From Chrysomallon squamiferum (Eukaryota; Animalia; Mollusca): a stretch of 64,000 nt of DNA. Positions 27,091-41,738 of this stretch are shown piece after piece. Below the pieces are notes generated by a model. That model was given only the letters and a program-made list of their open reading frames with translations. It did not search any database and had not been told where the DNA came from. Each line of letters starts with the position of its first letter. Position 1 is the stretch's first letter. The translations under genes and the position numbers were made by a program. The DNA lies in assembly GCA_012295275.1 (NCBI GenBank), contig CM022676.1, forward strand, positions 6,014,001-6,078,000, read 5' to 3'.

Positions 27091-28148
27091 CTCTGGCCCA
27101 AGAGCAGGGGAAATTCCCCAGAAATCTCCAGAGAAGACACTCAAAAGAATCTTCTTTTCTTCTAATTGCAATTCCTGCAATGTTCGTCATTGACACTTGG
27201 TTCTGCTGGAGTTTATGTCGCAGGCAGAGAGCGTTGGGCAATTTGTCTTGTAGTACTCTCCAACATGGCTACTGGAATGCAGACTGCTGTAATTGCATTT
27301 CAAGGGGGACAGTTTACCACATCTGACTTGTCAGGTTGGAAATAAATCTCAAACAGCTGTCGCAGGCCCACCCCCCTTTTTTCACGGTGGAAAATTTTTT
27401 TTTTTTTTTTTTTTTCCTGTTCACACACTGACAGAAGAGTTCCAACAAGAGGACTTCACTCATTCCACCGCTTCTCTCCCTTGTTATTCGGCTAAAGAAT
27501 GAATAGGTGTCAAGAAAAGGGTCATTTTTTTTTTTTTTTTTTTTTTTTCAAAGCACATCAAAGAATATTTAGACATTTTTGTCTCATTCTTTTTTTTTTT
27601 TTCTGTCAAGATTGGGAAAAAAAAGTGAAAATTTTGACAACTCATTTTTTTTTTTTTTTTTTTTCTTCATACTTTTAATTTATATCCTGTCACAGAATAT
27701 TTCTGTTTTCAGAATTCCTTTTCATAATATTTTTGTGATGTCTTCTTAGTTTGAAACTTTTTTTTAATGAATTGTTTCAGGTTTATATTTTTTTGTGTCT
27801 GTATGTGTGGGAGTGGATATTTTTTTTGTAATTTTTTTTTTTTTAAATATTCCATTTTGAGATTAATGTTTCGGTTACATCATTATAATAAAGAGGGAGA
27901 GACAAAGAAAGAAAGAAAGATGATAACAGAGGGAAGAAAGAGAGAAAGTGAGAGATGTGGAGGACAAGTAAGATGGACAAAAAAAAGGCAAAATTTTTGA
28001 AATCTGAAAATATAAGATACATAAAGATAATTAAACACTGTGTTATTGTTTGTGTTTCCTGTATATGGGAAGGAGAATATATAATATATTTTGTTGCTAA
28101 ATCATAAGAATAGATTTTAAGAGTGATGACAAAGGTTTCTTCAATGTT

Positions 28149-28244
<96 letters not shown>

Positions 28245-28717
28245 AACCTGATAACTGATAATATGACAATGTAAATATGTGACAGTAAAGAAATATTCAT
28301 TCATTCATTTTCTTTCATTCACCAGATTTGTCAATTTTTGAAACTTTTTACAAGATCTAAAACAGTTTTTTTTTTAAACATGAATGAGAAAACAAGAATT
28401 TTTTTTTTCAGATGATAAAGTACTTAAGTATCGCTTTTCCCCGAAACAAAAAAGAAAAAAAGACAAGTTACTAAGTAAATAAAATCAAGAATTGTCATGG
28501 CCGCCGAACTCTCCTGTTTAAGAAGTTACATAAATCAGTGCAGCAAATTGAGCTCTCTGGTTAGCTCATTTGCCAGGTCATGCCTCATTTTGGCACTGGA
28601 CTCAAATTGTCACTCAAAGTGAGAAAACTTGCGAGATTCATTTCTCATTTCGCAAACATTGAGTTTTTCTCAGACCTGATTTCATAGTTTTACTCTGTTT
28701 TGTTTGTATTACCCTGA

Positions 28718-28773
28718 GTGTGTGTGTGTGTGTGTGTGTTCTGTGTGTGTGTGTCTGTGTGTGTGTCTCTGTG

Positions 28774-28806
<33 letters not shown>

Positions 28807-28816
28807 ATATGTGTGT

Positions 28817-28900
<84 letters not shown>
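28718..28900. repeat. (GT)n microsatellite
   Basis: Read directly. Confidence 0.98.
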
Positions 28901-28902
<2 letters not shown>

Positions 28903-29274
28903 TCAATGAACTTAGCAGTTGTATCTATGGATGTGATTTCTTTGTTCACTCTTCTCCCCTTCCCCCTATCTCCTCCCCACCACATCCCCCAATAAATCTT
29001 TTTAATAAAAGATATCAAGTAAAATTAATGTCCTTTCACAAACTGATTTTCACCGTTCTCAGAATTTTATCAGTTTATAGATTTCATTTTTCCACCACCT
29101 CTGCCAAAATTTTATCATTATCTGTTTTTCTGTACCTAAAAAAAATGTTTTTGTTTTCTTTAGTCTTCTATATGTTAGTATATGAATATACAATGTGACT
29201 GTGTGTGTATGTGATATAACGTGTATTATACATACATAGATAGATTATATGGATATAAACGCTCACATATATAC

Positions 29275-29331
<57 letters not shown>

Positions 29332-29466
29332 TACACACATACATATTTATTTATATATATATGTAGACACTCTGTCACACACACTCCACAGATATCTATG
29401 TGTCATATCTGTTTCTCTATCAATAATATATATATATATACATATACATAATATACACACACACAT

Positions 29467-29503
<37 letters not shown>

Positions 29504-30007
29504 GAGAAAAACACACATATTTTATTCGGTTACCGGGGAAAACGTGTCCCAATTCTGCCCAGCAAATTGCACCTACATTACTGACAGATTACTGACAGAA
29601 TTACCCAGGAAGGTTTTTTTCCGTAGGCCTGCCCAACCAACTAACTAACTAACTGTGAAATGAATTTCCTCAAATTGAGTCAGACAACTGCATGGCGACC
29701 GGGCAGCCATGTTGACAGTGCTTACGGACTTGCACATGTCTTTTTCACGGCCAGACGCACATTTCATCATTTTCATTTCGCGCATGGCTGCCTCCCTGTG
29801 TGCCGGAATTGGGTGTCTTATAGCGGAGTTTTTGCGAGAAATCTGCGACTGAGTGTTTTTCTGGTATTGAATTTGTGATGGTGATGGTGATACTTAATTT
29901 TACTGCTCCTGCTTAATGATGGTGAATGGTGATGGTGATGGTGATTTGAAGTACTTTGTTGCTGAAGGGAAAAAAAATAAATAATAATAATAATATTTGT
30001 TAAAGTG

Positions 30008-30045
<38 letters not shown>

Positions 30046-30275
30046 TATATATATATATATAAAATATATTTACATAATTTGTTTGTAGGGGGTGACAGTG
30101 TAAATGAAATTTTGAAATATTTCACTTTTTTTTCTTTTTTTCTCTCTTTCTCTCCAATTTTTCATTATTTGTTTTTCAAATTCATTTTAAGATAACAATC
30201 CATACACCTATCTTTCTGTCCATTGTTTGTCAGTTATTTTCACCTTTTTCTCCTGTTCAGAATCTCTCTTTTTAG

Positions 30276-30331
<56 letters not shown>

Positions 30332-30649
30332 CCTTTCTCTCTATCATAATCTCTCTCTCAGTCTCTGTCTCTCTGTCTCCAACCTCCAAGCACACTCACA
30401 TACATCATTTTCGCGGAATTAATAAAGCTTATTTCATGTCTGGCTTGGTCTCTCTCGGAGAAATTACTTTGTCGTCGACATCCAGCCCGCAGTGTAAGTG
30501 AGTTTTGCCTAGGTACGGCCATCACAGAATTCAATTTCTTATATACCCCGGTAATTGCTTCATATTCCTGTTATTGTCCTGTCCTGTGCTTCGAGCTTCT
30601 TGGCATAGACATGTACGCCTGCAGATAGGTTTATTGAACTGGTGTATAA

Positions 30650-31250
<601 letters not shown>

Positions 31251-31987
31251 TTAACCTTAACCTCTCTATCTACACATCTGTTTATCTAATCTATCTGCCT
31301 CTCTTAACAACAATAGACTCATTTAAAACAAATTACACTTAATTTCAACAGTGTACATCAGAGATGGCTGATATTTCCCATCCATTAGGTGATGGCAGAA
31401 CACACAGTCTCCGGTGGGGTTATTAAGCAAATAGCCAGTGATGATAGATGATTAACTAGGAGTTCTAATGATGCAACTAAATACTGTATGTCAGGAAAAA
31501 AAAGAAAAAAAGAAAAAAAAAAAAAAAAAGTCCCAGATGTTAAATAACAACAACAACTAACTGAAAAGAGAAAATTAATCAATAAGCTTCTAGGAACGAA
31601 TCTGTTTTAAAGCAAAGTAAACCTTCAGAAATGCTTGTATGCTTTAGTGTAATGGTTAATAGGTATAATTGTGCCATTTTAAAGTTTAAAAAAAAAAGAA
31701 TATTTAGAAACTGATATTAATGTTATTAAAATGTTTTGGGGATATTTGTTTGATGCTATCACAAGTCGTAGCAAATGTAAGCAAGTTTAAAAAAAAAAAA
31801 AACCAATGATACGAAAATTACCGAAATGTTTTCGGTGTACTGTTTGATAAAATCACAAATGTAAGCAGGAAAGTAATAGAAAAATATTTTTTTTTTTTTT
31901 AAAAAAAAACCCAAACAATTTATATTAAACATACAGCTACTTTTTTTATTTTTTTTTCCTGTGTAAACTGAGACACACGGTTATGTT

Positions 31988-32472
31988 GGCAGCCATCTTG
32001 AATGTCTGCCAAAACAAACATCCACTCTGTAATCTGCTGCAAATCTCAAGATTTGTCATTTAATACTCTCTTTGGCACACACCCCCCCTTCCATGTTTTT
32101 TTCTGACTTCAAGATATACCAACTTGCCTCAAGGTGTTTGTAAACTTTCATCTACATTGGCCAGGACAGAAATGAGGAATTTGCCAAATATATACAAACA
32201 CACACACACACACACAGAGAGAGGAGAGAGAAAAATTTTCGACTGGCAAATATTTGCATTCGCGATGGATGGCAATTAATTCCTGTTACTTGAGGAAAAC
32301 ACCTCCATTGCCACTGGCAACATCATCTATGGCTGCAACTAGTAGAATAATTATCACTTTTTGATGTTCACAAGTATGTAAGATGGCCGCCAGGCGTTCA
32401 TTATATATCTCGGAACTGGAAAAAGAGACAATTAAATTCCCGTTCCCTTCTCTTACTGGAAGCCATTTTGCT
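31988..32472. promoter_or_regulatory. Complex island with clustered YY1/Pho-like motifs
   Basis: GGCAGCCATCTTG 31988-32000, AAGATGGCCGCC 32380-32391 and AGCCATTTTG 32461-32470. Confidence 0.4.
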
Positions 32473-33795
32473 TGCGGGTCTCGACTTCAAAAATGCTGCT
32501 TTCTTCCAAAAGCTCGTCTGTTGTTGTTATTCATGGACAACATCTGAAGGCTTTCTCAGATTGGTCTTGTCAGATGTTTCTGCTGCGTGCTTGTTCAAGA
32601 TGTCTTCTCTAACCTCTGAGTGACTTGTCAGCAGAGGTGAAATGGCTCTGAGAAGAATTTTCCCATTCCAGAAATAACTCATTTTGTGCTTAGTGGTCGT
32701 TGCTGTCTCTGTTCTTCCTGTTGTTGTTTTTAATCATAGTTTCTGTTGTTACTGTTGTTGTAGTTGTTGATATTGTTATTGTTATTTTTTATAAACAAAT
32801 ATGCATATTTCTACAGAAACATTTATGCATGTTCATACCTAAAGACTTTCAATTTAAAAAAACTAAAACAAAAAAAACAAAACAAAATATCCTGAAAATA
32901 CAATCACATGTAATAATTGTTATTAATTGCTACAGTTAAAAACAAAACAAATTTTATCAAAATTTTCTTACTTCAAAAAGTTAAAAAAAAAACCCAGCTA
33001 TTCTCATGGGAACTACTCTTTCTTAAGATGTCACTTAGTAAAAAAAAAAAAAAGAAGAAGAAAAGTAGAAATTTGAAATTGTTTTCATGTTATTGTAGTT
33101 ATGTAATTCTCAAATATCTCGCTTGAAAAAGAAATTACATGTGTTGTCAACATTTTCTTTCATTTTCTGTGCTAACAAGATTAACAAAAAAGTTTTAAAA
33201 AAAAAAAAAAAAAAAAAAAAATGAACGTTTTCAAAGAAAATCTTTTTTTTTTCTTTTTTTTTTTTTTTTAAATAAATTTTTATTCTGCTTTTCAGCATCA
33301 CTTTAGAAAAATTTTAACAAGGCATCAACTTTTATTTTCATGTAATTTTTTTTAAAAAAAAAAAAAACCAACAATATACAAATAAAGACAAACTTTTCAG
33401 TGAAATCCTTTTTAAAAAAAAAAAAAAAATTCTTTCTTCTTTTTTACCATTAGAATTAAAAAAATTTAACTCAGTATGAACTTTTTCTTGTCATTTTCTT
33501 TTTTTAAAAAAAAAGAAAAGAAAAGAAAATAAAAAAAAAAAAAAAAAAAAAAAAATAAAGGATAAACCTTTCAATGAATTTCTTTCATTTTTCGAAAAAC
33601 CAAAAATCAGCGAAGAAGAATTTTAACTGGGTAACAACATTCGGTCATTATTTATACGCGACGTTGCTAAAATTCTGTGACCTCGCGTTGCCACAGATGG
33701 AGAAGGAGAAAAATAATTTAACAAAAGCTTGCTTGTCAGTTGTGAAATTATGTTGAAAATTGCCACCGTTAGCTTCACGGAATTTTTAAAGAAGA

Positions 33796-33844
<49 letters not shown>

Positions 33845-33889
33845 ACTCAAGCAGAACCCAGAAAGACAATATCTGATGACTGGCACAGA

Positions 33890-34570
33890 AGGGTTGAGGT
33901 TACAAGTACATGAGTTTGATTCTTTACTCATTTGAGTAGACGTTACGTGAAAGAGTTCAAAGTTACTCACGTAAGAATTGATGTGTTACAGACAATAAGA
34001 GTTCGTGTTACATTGCAGAAAAGTTGAGGTTACATGCAAGAGTTGATAGTTTACATGTATAAATTTGATTTTGAGACACTTTTGAGTTGAGGTTACACTT
34101 GTTTGAGCTGATGTTACACTGAGAAGTTGAAGTTACATGTGAGTTAAAGTTACACAAGACTTGAAGTTGCATGCAAGAGTTAGAGTTACACCTTAAAATG
34201 TATGTTGAAGAAATACTAAAGAGTTAGTTACAAATAAGTTAAAGTTACAAGCAGAAATCAAAGATACGTGCCGAAAGAGTTGATGTTACACATTATAGTT
34301 GAATTTATGCGAGAGTCGATGTTACAGGCTAGATTTTGTTACATACTGGTTGAAGTTACTCACACTGAAGTTGAAATCATACACACAAAACATGATGTTA
34401 CATACCAAAGAATTAAAGTTACAAACACAAGTTGATGTTAGACAAGCGTTAATGTAATGTGTTTGTGTTACACAAGAGTTGAAATTATATGTTGATGTTA
34501 CATGTTGATGTTATGGGTTGATGTTACATAAGAGTTGAAGTAACACATACAACAGTTGAAATTACAGACA
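33890..34570. repeat. Degenerate ~20 bp array (GAGTTGAWGTTACA)
   Basis: GTTGATGTTACA, GTTGAGGTTACA and GTTGAAGTTAC recur many times. Confidence 0.85.
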
Positions 34571-35559
34571 CAAGATACAGAATGTAACAGAAGAAAGGTA
34601 TGGCTGAAATTACAATATTCAAATATGAGCAGAAAAAAGCAAAAAAAAAGACAACAAGGAACATTTCCAACTATTAGTCAGCAAAAAAAACCCAGCATAA
34701 GTCAAGTTTTGCAAGACAAATTGATAAACCTTGTTTCCGTGGAAATTTTACACCCCCCCCAAAAAAAAAAAAAAAAAACTCTTTTACACTCTTGTGCTGT
34801 CCACGTTGGTGTTGATGTTCTTGTTGTAACCAGACTCTGTGTTCTGCGATGTCTGCCATTACTCTTCTTTCTGTCTGGTCAGGTGACCGACTGACTGACT
34901 GACTGTCTGTACATTGTAGAAATATCTGTCATTCAAAATGTCCCGTTTACCACACACCAAGCTGGCAGTTCTTTTTAAGTGCAAAAGCTTCTAACTGTCT
35001 AAATCATTGTCTTTCTCACCCCCTGCAAGATGACAAGCAGTCTGGTGTCTTGTGGATGAAGGGGGGAGGGGGGCGGCAGATGGATGAAGGTCTGGGGGAG
35101 GTACAGAGAGGAGGCTGGGGGGGTGTAGTTAGATGATTGGTAGGTGTGAGGTAGGGACAGAGGTTTGAAGGGAGGGTAGATTAGGGAGTAGGGATGGAAG
35201 ATGGATGCTTAGAATAGGTTTCTAGAATTAAGTTGTTTGGGTTTTGTTTTATTAATTGTTTGTGTTAAGAATGTGATGAAGAGAATGGTGTACATAATCC
35301 TTTGTTTAGCTGGGGTTTTTTTTTTGTTTCTGTATTTTGTATGAAATGTTTAATCTGATCTTCCATCTATCATCTGTTTGTCTGTCTGTTATTTGCAGAG
35401 GATGTTAAATCTGTTGTGTTAATGATATGTTAAATTCATATTTCATTGTGTTTACATTTGTTTCTCGGTTTCCTTATAAAATAAATAATACATATATATC
35501 TGTGTGTATGTGTGTTATGTTCACCTGTCTGTGAATCTCTGTACATTTTTTCTTTTTTT

Positions 35560-35644
<85 letters not shown>

Positions 35645-35808
35645 ATTTATCAGAAAATAGATTTTTAGGTTTGTCAACATGATCAATATCTGCTCTCTCT
35701 GCCTATTTGTTCTTAAACCCATTGACTACGATTCCAGGTATTACTCAACAGTCTAAGCAAACACTACCAATATAACTACCATCATACATTTTTTTTTTTT
35801 TTTTCCAC

Positions 35809-35842
<34 letters not shown>

Positions 35843-36258
35843 CTTTATTCCAATCAATCAGAAACATTGTCTACATTATCCTGAAATCAGTTCATCCACC
35901 CCCCCAAAAAAAAAAAAAAATTGGAAAAAAAAAAAAGAAATTGGAAAAATCTGAAAAGAAATGAAGTAATAAATATGTTCACACAGAACAGAGACATTTT
36001 TCTGAAGTAGTCGTAACTCGTGGTCAGCAAATTAAAAATCCTCACAAGAGGAGACGACTACAAAAGAAAAAAAATAATCCAGGTCACCTCTGAAACATAT
36101 TTCATCCTCCATTATTGTCATACAGCTGATCTATATTGAGATCTTTTTTTTTGAAGAGTTCCAATCAATAAGACAGTGACAGCGAGTAATTAATTCCCTT
36201 GGCCTACTTACTTGCCGTCTCTCTCTCACTCTCTCTCACTCTCTCTCTCTGTCTCTCT

Positions 36259-36338
<80 letters not shown>

Positions 36339-36478
36339 AAAGACATTGTAGCTGATGATGCTACTTTCCAGATGACAGATTTTAATGGAGCAGAGAAATT
36401 GGTCGAGTGGTGATTTTGGTTTAAGAGATTTCTATATTTACTGTTGCTGTTGACGATGAGTGTAGTCTCTTTCTTCTT

Positions 36479-36509
<31 letters not shown>

Positions 36510-36970
36510 TTATTATTATTATTAACGTCGTTGTCGTTGTTGTTGTTGTGATTATCGTTATTATTATTATTATTATTATTATTATTTTTATTTGTTGTTT
36601 TCTTAATGGTAATTATAGTGGTGGTGTTGTATCAGCAGATTAGAAGTGATAATAGTGGGGGGTGAGAAGGGGGAGGGGGAGCAGAGGTAGTAGTAGCAGT
36701 AATTTTAATCCTTTATTATTATTGTTATTATTATCATCATCATTGTTGTTTCTGTGATTATTGTTATTATTGTTGTTGTTGTTGTTATTATTTTTATTAC
36801 TTTTACCGCTTTTGTTACTGTCATCTTCTTTTATTTACAATTTTCCAGATGTCTCTTTTATTACTATCATCATCTTTATTATCATCCTAACAATATCTTC
36901 ATCATAATCATCATCAACATCATCATTACTAATAATAATACAAATTACATTGAACAAACTGCATGTTTGT

Positions 36971-37011
<41 letters not shown>

Positions 37012-37731
37012 TCAAAAATCCTTTATTTTAAGAAATGACAATTCTTTTTTTCACCATTTTCTCTTCCTTGAATTGACAATGATGAATAGACTCCTGTTGA
37101 AAATCAATAAAATTTTCAAAAAAAAAAAAAACACACCCCAATATAACCCCCTGCACCATAATAACAGTACACTTTGTCCAATGAATGTTGATGGAAATTA
37201 GTATTCATAGCAGTCGTTTAGAAATACCAACCATTCCCATAGGAATAAATTAATGCAGGACCAATCAAAATATATTCATATATTTGAAATTATTCCATGA
37301 CGGACAGAGTTTACGATAAATGATGGATGTTTTTGACAGTTTGTGGTGGTTGTGATGGATGTATTATTTGTGATTAGTGCTTTAGAATGTATCATTACCA
37401 TATAATTGAATATACTATCAAGGATAAACATTTATTAAACGTGATTAGCTTTTGGGAAAATATTATTATTTTTGTATAATTGAATATAGGAAAAACAATA
37501 ATCGTGTATTAGGATGTAAGAGATTGTTATTATTGTTTGTATAATTGAATGTGCTATAAATGATAAACACATATTAAATATAATTAGACAATAAGAAATT
37601 GTTGTTATTATTATTATCACGTAATTGGATATACTATAAATAATAAATATGTATTAAACGTAAATAGGCTTTTAGAAAGTAGTTTTCTTCAATGTGGTTA
37701 GTCTGTTAGAAAGTATTGTTATTATCATTAT

Positions 37732-37768
<37 letters not shown>

Positions 37769-37886
37769 TGTTGTAGTATTGAATATACTATAAATGATAA
37801 ACATTTATTTATTTAATAAATTAGGATATTAGAAAGTATTTTATTACTACTGCAAAACTTAATATACTATAAATAATGGACATTTG

Positions 37887-37920
<34 letters not shown>

Positions 37921-38474
37921 ATGTATGTATGTAGAATTGTTTTTTTAAAAAAATTAGAAGTAAATTTTTTTTTTTTAATTTTTTAACAAAATTTATTTTA
38001 ATCATTTGCAACATTTCCTCTTCCATTTCTCTCTCTCTCTCTCTCTCTCTCTATTATTTGTCATTTCCCCCCCCACCATGTTTTCCCTCAATACTTGCAT
38101 GAAGATAATTATTTTAAAGATAAAAAAAAACTTAAAGAAAAGAAAAAAAACACACACACACAAAAAAACAAACAAAAAAAAAAAGCAAAGTAAACATCAG
38201 AAATAACACTAACAAAGCTGATTCATGGAAAGAAAAGTATTTCAGGAAAAGCTATCATCTGCGAAAACTTGCTGTAAATTTGTTTTCAAGAAATAAATAA
38301 GGATGTACTATTTACTGGACAACTGATTGCTTTACAGTGCATTGAGCTAAGTGGACAAGGAAGTTTTGTAACTTCAGTGTATATATATTGGAGTGGGTGA
38401 TTTGAACACAAGGATGAAAAAAAAAAACAGAGGGATGGTTTCAAATATATCTGGAACAAAAATGGATGTGGATT

Positions 38475-38845
38475 GGTGATTTTAAAATACAAGGATCAGT
38501 ATTAAAGGGTGATTTTCAATACAAGGATCAGTATTAAGGGGGTGATTTTTCAATACAAGGATCAGTACTAAGGGGTGATTGTCAATACAAGGATCAGTAT
38601 TAAGGGGTGATTTTTCAATACAAGGATCAGTATTTAGGGGTGATTGTCAATACAAGGAAGTATTCAGGGGTGATTTTTCAATACAAGGATCAGTATTAAG
38701 GGGTGATTTTCAATACAAGGATCAGTATTAAGGGGTGACTTTAAATACAAGGATCAGTATTTAGGGGTGATTTGTCAATACAAGGATCAGTATTAAGGGG
38801 TGATTTCAATACAAGGATCACTATTAAGGGGTGATTTTCAATATG
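38475..38845. repeat. 32-33 bp minisatellite, ~11 copies
   Basis: AATACAAGGATCAGTATTAAGGGGTGATTTTC; successive starts at 38486, 38518, 38552 and 38584. Confidence 0.95.
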
Positions 38846-40074
38846 TGGAATATAAAGTGGATCTAAAGAGTGCAATTTAAATAACAAGGAACAAAATGGA
38901 TTTGAGATTGGATCATTTAAAAAAAAAAGGAACAAAGTGGATCCTGGGACCAGATCATTTAAATATATGTAATGAAGTGGATCTAGAGAAGGTGAATTAA
39001 ATATGGTGAAAAAAAAAAAAAATGGATCCAGCAGAGGTGATTTTAATTAAATGAAACAAAGTAGATCTGGTTGAGTTGAATTAAATACACAGACAGAACA
39101 AAAGCGGATTAGGAAAGGGGAAATTGCAGTGCGCAAAACTAAAAGAATTGGGGGTATTAAAACATTTTCACTTCATCAATAATTTAAAATACGCAGTCCT
39201 AATTTGATATAATTTTTGGTTGATTAACTTGTCCATAACAGCTGAATGCTTTATCAGGACATGTTTAAATTGCTTCTTTTTTTTCTCTCCATGCTTTTGG
39301 CTAAGATGTAAAAAACAATGCACTGAGTTCAGGAGAATTGAGAAGAAGAAAAAAAAAAAAAAAAATGGTTTTGTGCATACCTGGTGCAGGTGAAAGCATT
39401 AAAGGTATTTACTATCGTCATATTTACCTGTTATTTCTATTCTCTTTGATCAGCTGCATCGTTTACCTGATCTGCTGCATCTATTCAGGCAGACATCTTA
39501 ATTTACCTGTCAGATTCTTACCTGGAAGGTAAAAAAAAAATACAAAAACAAAACAAAAAAAAAATGTTTCGGCATAAATGAGATTTTCTACTACTACAGG
39601 CTAAAAACAAATCAAAAAAAAAAAAAACTTTCTACAAAAGTTTTTTTTTCCAGGAATTTCCAGCAGACGTCAAAATAAATCACAACCATGATTCAGAAAT
39701 CAAAAATCAACATTACAAGATTCAAATTTCCACTTCCACCTTGTCAGCCATTTTGTTTTTTTTCTTTTTCTTTCTTTCAGCTCTGTTATTGTTATTGTTC
39801 TTCTTTCTTTCTTTCTTTATTATTATTTTTATTTTTTTTATTATTCTACCTGTGCGGCCATTTTCTTTGGCAGCTGACCAGGTGGAAAATACACAGGTAC
39901 GAAACGGGATTTCTCTGTGGTACCTGTTCTGTTTTGATCTGCCGCTGTTGTTGAATGCTTCTCACATGAAAGAGATGCTGCGGTGCAGATATGCATTTCT
40001 GTCGTTGCCGTTGTCGTGTTTGTTGATGCTGCAGTCAAATTGGATTATCGTGCCAACATTCTGGGATGCGGAAA

Positions 40075-40126
<52 letters not shown>

Positions 40127-40511
40127 TGTGATTCTCGCGTTCATGTTGATGTTTTCTTATTTGTAGTCTGAGAATTTTGTTATTTTTTTCCTACACTTAG
40201 ACACATAAAATTAAAAAATAATGATAAGAAGAAGATAAAATAAAATGGTTTCTTAAGGAGGTGTAAAAGAATATTTATGCTTTGTCAGTAGCATATATAA
40301 ATGATAAAGCTTTAATATCAATAATTTTATTGTTATTGTTGTTGTTATTATTATATTTATAATTATTATTATTATTATTTTAGTGGGTTTTTTTTTTTGT
40401 TAATGTTTAAAAGAGAATGTAAAAAAAAAAATACAGAAAAATAATTTTGTTCTGTTATCATCTTGATTACTGTTATGATCATAATCATCATCAAATCATT
40501 GTTAATTTCTT

Positions 40512-40765
40512 CTTGTTTCACTTTAATGTTCTTGTTTCATTTAATGTTCCCAAAATTCTTCCTGTTTCACTTAATGTTCTTCTTTCAAGTAACATTGCCT
40601 TTGTTTCACATAAAACTGTCCTTGTTTCACTTAATGTTTCACCAAAAACTTGTTCTCGTTTCATTGCAACGTTCCTGTTTCTTGTACGTCCTTTTTGTTT
40701 CACTTAATGTTCTTGTTTCACCTGACACTGCTCTTGTTTTACCTGATGTTCTTCTTGTTTCAAGG
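40512..40765. repeat. Degenerate ~18-20 bp array (CTTGTTTCACTTAATGTT)
   Basis: TGTTTCA(C/T)TTAATGTT recurs repeatedly. Confidence 0.8.
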
Positions 40766-40949
40766 TATACATACTTACCTGCGTTCTTTGAAGTCTGTTT
40801 GCTCAGGTGTGAGTACTAATAACAGGAGAACGTAAATATTTGTATGTTTAGGATTCTCTCCTGTCTCCTGCACCTGCAGCACATTGTGTAAAAATATCAC
40901 ATAACCCAACTGCCTGGAAATTCTATTTATTAGCAGTATTGTTTTAAAA

Positions 40950-41738
40950 TAAAGTATTGCATCTGTAGGGTACCGTATCATTGGATCTGTATTGTACCAT
41001 ATCATTAGAGTATTGTATCTGTATAGTACCGTATTATTAAACTATTGGATCTGTACAGTACCATATCATTAAAATATAGCATCTGAATAGTATAATATCA
41101 TTAAAGTATTGTATCTGTATAGTACCATATCATTAAAGTATTGTATCTGAATAGTATAATATCATTAAAGTATTGTATCTGAATAGTACAATATCATTAA
41201 AGTATTGTATCTGTACAGTACCATATCATTAAAGTATTGTATCTGTATAGTACCATATCATTAAAGTATTGTATCTGTACAGTACCATATCATTAAAGTA
41301 TTGTATCTGTATAGTACTATGTCATTAAAGTATTGTATCTGTATAGTACTATGTCATTAAAGTATTGTACCTGTACAGTACCATATCATTAAAGTATTGT
41401 ACCTGTACAGTACCATATCATTAAAGTATTGGATCTGTATTGTACCATATCATTAAAATATAGCATCTGAATAGTACCATATCATTAAAGTATTGTATCT
41501 GTACAGTACCATATCATTAAAATATAGCATCTGAATAGTACCATATCATTAAACTATTGTGTTTGTATAGTAGCATATCATTAAACTATTGTATCTGTAC
41601 AGTACCATATCATTAAAGTATTGTATCTGAATAGTACCATATCATTAAAGTATTGTATCTATACAGTACCATATCATTAAACTATTGTGTTTGTATAGTA
41701 GCATATCATTAAAGTATTGCATATGTACTGTACCATAT
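40950..41738. repeat. 32 bp minisatellite, ~24 copies
   Basis: GTACCATATCATTAAAGTATTGTATCTGTA(T/C)A; starts at 41218, 41250 and 41282 give a 32 bp period. Confidence 0.97.

Noticed and set aside
38475-38845. 32-bp repeats here and at 40950-41738 as CRISPR-like arrays
   Set aside because: Head-to-tail units without unique spacers, no cas genes, eukaryotic context.
39892-39928. ACAGGTAC...GTACCTGT hairpin as a pre-miRNA
   Set aside because: Only an 8-bp stem plus weak wobble pairs; too short.
40771-40915. Minus-strand strong donor CGCAG|GTAAGT as an exon end
   Set aside because: No pyrimidine tract before it, only weak upstream acceptors, and no meaningful peptide.
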